Made by a program: the position numbers and the translations under genes. Positions 61,150-64,000 of a DNA stretch of 64,000 bases are shown piece by piece; the first letter of the stretch is position 1, and every line of letters starts with the position of its first letter. The DNA lies in contig CM059432.1 in assembly GCA_030390025.1 (NCBI GenBank), positions 124,064,001 through 124,128,000 of the forward strand. The letters run 5' to 3'. The DNA comes from Squalus acanthias (taxonomy: Eukaryota). Under the pieces are notes generated by a model. The model worked only from the letters and a program-made list of their open reading frames with translations, was not told the DNA's origin and made no database searches.

Positions 61150-62185
61150 CGAAGTTTTTCGCCGAACACGTTGGCCGCTAAAGAGGCGGCCAAGGTGGGG
61201 TCTTAAGCTGAAACGCCGGTTTAGCCCGCGTTTAGCGCAAGACGCCATCTTGGTAAAGGAATTGAAGCCAGCACTAGGAACGGCCGCCTTGTTAAGAAGC
61301 TGATTGCCACTTAAAATGCCTGCTGGCAGTCATTAAAGAGTCATTTTGCTGGCTAGTGCATCAACTAACGCCCTTGCATAACTGCAACCAGCTGTTGGGG
61401 AGTAAACGTGGCATTGATGTCGATTTCAATTGCTACATAAAGGGATACTCACCACTTAAAGGGATACTCACCATTTCATGCTCATTGCTGCTGGAGCTGT
61501 GAAGAGCACCTCTGAAACACATCGGGAGACTTTCTGGGACACTTTGTCAAGACTTCACCAACATTCGAGTAACATTTATTCCGGAAATTCTCTGGGGACT
61601 TCACCTAAAAAGAGCAAGCGCTGGGCTACCCCACCTTATAGGAGTCACCAGGAGAAAGAGAGTGCTTGATCATGGGCATCTTGCTAGGGGCTCCCCCTTG
61701 GTCTGCAGGAGGAATGGGAGGAGGACATGAGGCCAGGCAGAACAGCTCCAGCTGCTGAAGAAGAGAGGGACAGGAGGGCAAGGTGGTGTCCTTCCCACTC
61801 CCCCTTGCGGGTACAGGACATCCCTCCCCCTCTGGACCTTCTCCACCAGGACTTCCAGTGCCGCGTCTGAGAACCTGTGCGCCCTTTCTCTCGGTCCCTG
61901 AGCCATCCTGCAACGTGCCTCTATGTGCCAGCCAGAACACTCCACACCTTCAGTGGAAGTGGGTGCGAGGAGCCCACATATACTGCTCCAGGAAAATTGT
62001 GTCTAATCGGCACTTGAGTGCTAAACCTGCAGGTGTCTGGTTAGCGCCTCCAGGGAAGTTCAAGCTATGGTAATCAGCAACTAGGACCAAAATTGTGTGC
62101 TAAATCCACACTTTCAAACGGGCGTGTCTTATTAGCACAGCACCCATTTAGCGCTTGTTTTTACCCTTTGGCCAAAATAACCTAT
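61150..62185 (-). mobile_element. Decayed Harbinger with Myb exon 1 remnant
   Basis: MAQGPRERAHRFSDAALEVLVEKVQRGRDVLYPQGG at ~61800-61906; boundaries approximate. Confidence 0.7.
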
Positions 62186-62629
62186 AATCTCCATGCAGCA
62201 CCCTTGTCCGTTTACTTTTCTTCTGCCAATGCTCCAAATAAATGTAGAAATGTCGCTATGTGGTGCTATTTTAATAAATAATAAATAGTGATTGTCCACA
62301 GTTAATTTACACTGAAGAAATACCATTCTTCCGGACCAGGCACCATCTGTTGAGCACTAATTCAGACTACTGGGGTGTGGAGAAGAAATTGTCCCTGACC
62401 AAAGCAAATTTAAAGTGGGCCTTTCCCATGTTTGCACCAATCCCTGTATGGGAGCCTTATTTTAGGTAATATTTGCACTAACGGATGGCTGTTTCTTATA
62501 GGTGTCTATGGCTCCTGAACTAGTCGTGCTGGAAAGACTGTTGGATGGCTTGGTGGAGCAGGAAGATGACAATTGACTCCACTTGTAGGGAAAAGGGGTT
62601 TTCTCCCAATCTTCGCCCCTGCTCTGTTC

Positions 62630-63058
62630 AGATTACACAAACTAGGGTTGTAGTCCCTAGAATTTAGAAGGTTAAGGGGTAATTTGATCAAAGTTTTCAA
62701 GATATTAAGGGGAACTGATAGGGTGGATAGAGAGAAACTATTTCTGCTGGTTGGGGATTCTAGGACTAGGGGCCAGAGTCTAAAAATTAGAGCCAGACTT
62801 TTCAGGAGTGAAATTAGGAAACACTTCTACACACAAAGGCTGGTAGAAGTTTGGAACTCTCCTCCACAAACAGCAATTGTTGCTAGATCAATTGTTAATT
62901 TTAAATCTGAGATTGGTAGCTTTCTGTTAACCAAAGGTATTAAGGGATATGGGGCAAGGGCAGATATATGGAGTTAGGTTGCAGATCAGCCATGATCTCT
63001 TTAAATGGTGGCATAGGCTCGAGGCTAAATGACCTACTCCTCTTCCTATGTTCCTATG
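62630..63058 (+). mobile_element. CR1 3' fragment
   Basis: LIKVFKILRG.DRVD...FYTQRLVEVWNS; (TTCCTATG)n tail. Confidence 0.9.
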
Positions 63059-63059
63059 C

Positions 63060-63365
63060 TCTCCTGAAGATAGTAGACGATGCTGACGCATAGCTCCATG
63101 GGTGCTGGCAGGTTTCTGGTACCTCATCCAAGTTGTAATTGTTCATGTGCAAGCCTAGACTGTGAATACAGGCAGGCTATTGAGCCGTGGCAGCAGTCAA
63201 AAATGAATGCTATCCTGTCCTCACCAGGCATTCACACGTACACTTTCTAGCAAGGGTCACTGGATAGCAGGCAGAAGCGCTGGCTGATATCTCCCTTGAT
63301 CAACTGCCCCATTACTGCTCCAGCTGAGATCAGCTAACTCAGCACAGACATGGGATCAAACCTAG
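63060..63365 (-). mobile_element. Old SINE 'family B'
   Basis: GCTGAGATCAGCTAACTCAGCACAGAC is the reverse complement of the family core. Confidence 0.7.
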
Positions 63366-64000
63366 GGGGTAATTTTAACCTCACCCCCACAGACTCCCAT
63401 TTTACACTCTGCCCAATTTTACTTTCCAATGACTTCAGAAAAATGACAACCCAGTACAAAGGAACAGATCACACCTCACTCCACAATGCCACCAGATCCT
63501 GCAACTGCAGGCAGATTGAAAGCACTTTTTTCTAACCATATTACAATATGTCTCTCACTATAAAGAAAAGGCGGTCACATAAGGTTAGTGCACAAGCAGA
63601 GTACGTAATTGCATTGGAAACCCCTATCACTGGTGTAACTGATACTGCAAGTATATAGAGACACTTTTAAAATGGATTTTCCCATAGATATTGTCTGGCA
63701 TAGGGTTTTAAATGCATTTTGAGATGAAATATTGTGCTCCATTCAGGAAATTTTATATATATGCTATATATATTGGAGGGAATAAATGCTCTGCACTTGA
63801 CTTGGACATTGTTCTGAACATTTCATTGTTATTGCTTACAATGTCACAGGACCGTAGCATAAGATGGCAATAGATGGTATTTGAAGAAATGAATATAAAA
63901 GTGTAGGACAAGGTGGGTTGGGCATGATTACTTGGTAGAAGTAGATTGGGCAGTTGTGTCACTCCTTGGAAGACATGTGGTATACCAGTCTTCCTTGCTG

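Noticed and set aside
61438..61476. 19-bp tandem duplication TAAAGGGATACTCACCA
   Set aside because: Ordinary local slippage inside a decayed element.

Overview
Eukaryotic, repeat-dominated (intronic or intergenic) vertebrate DNA, most likely from a cartilaginous fish (inferred from the mix of Deu-type SINEs, CR1 LINEs with (TTCTATGT/TTCTTATG)n tails, and Penelope, Vingi and RTE elements). No host protein-coding gene could be identified with confidence, only weak splice-bounded exon candidates. Recognisable content: about 10 CR1 copies, two RTE copies (both with 5' inversions), an L2 and a Vingi 3' fragment, a 5'-truncated Penelope (RT + GIY-YIG + hammerhead ribozyme), a solo LTR, several SINE families, a hAT MITE and more than a dozen PIF/Harbinger-type elements with 3-bp TSDs. 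Most notable: (1) two diverged Harbinger elements that keep the Myb/SANT partner gene but share an apparently identical deletion of the transposase core; (2) a 3.1-kb segment bounded by a 42-bp inverted repeat without TSD, enclosing a 2-kb AGCT-palindrome/G-run minisatellite between a TATA-like and a polyA-like signal; (3) a multi-tier CR1>MITE>Penelope nest in which Penelope landed in a hairpin next to sequence resembling its own 3' end. Family names come from recalled motifs, not database searches.
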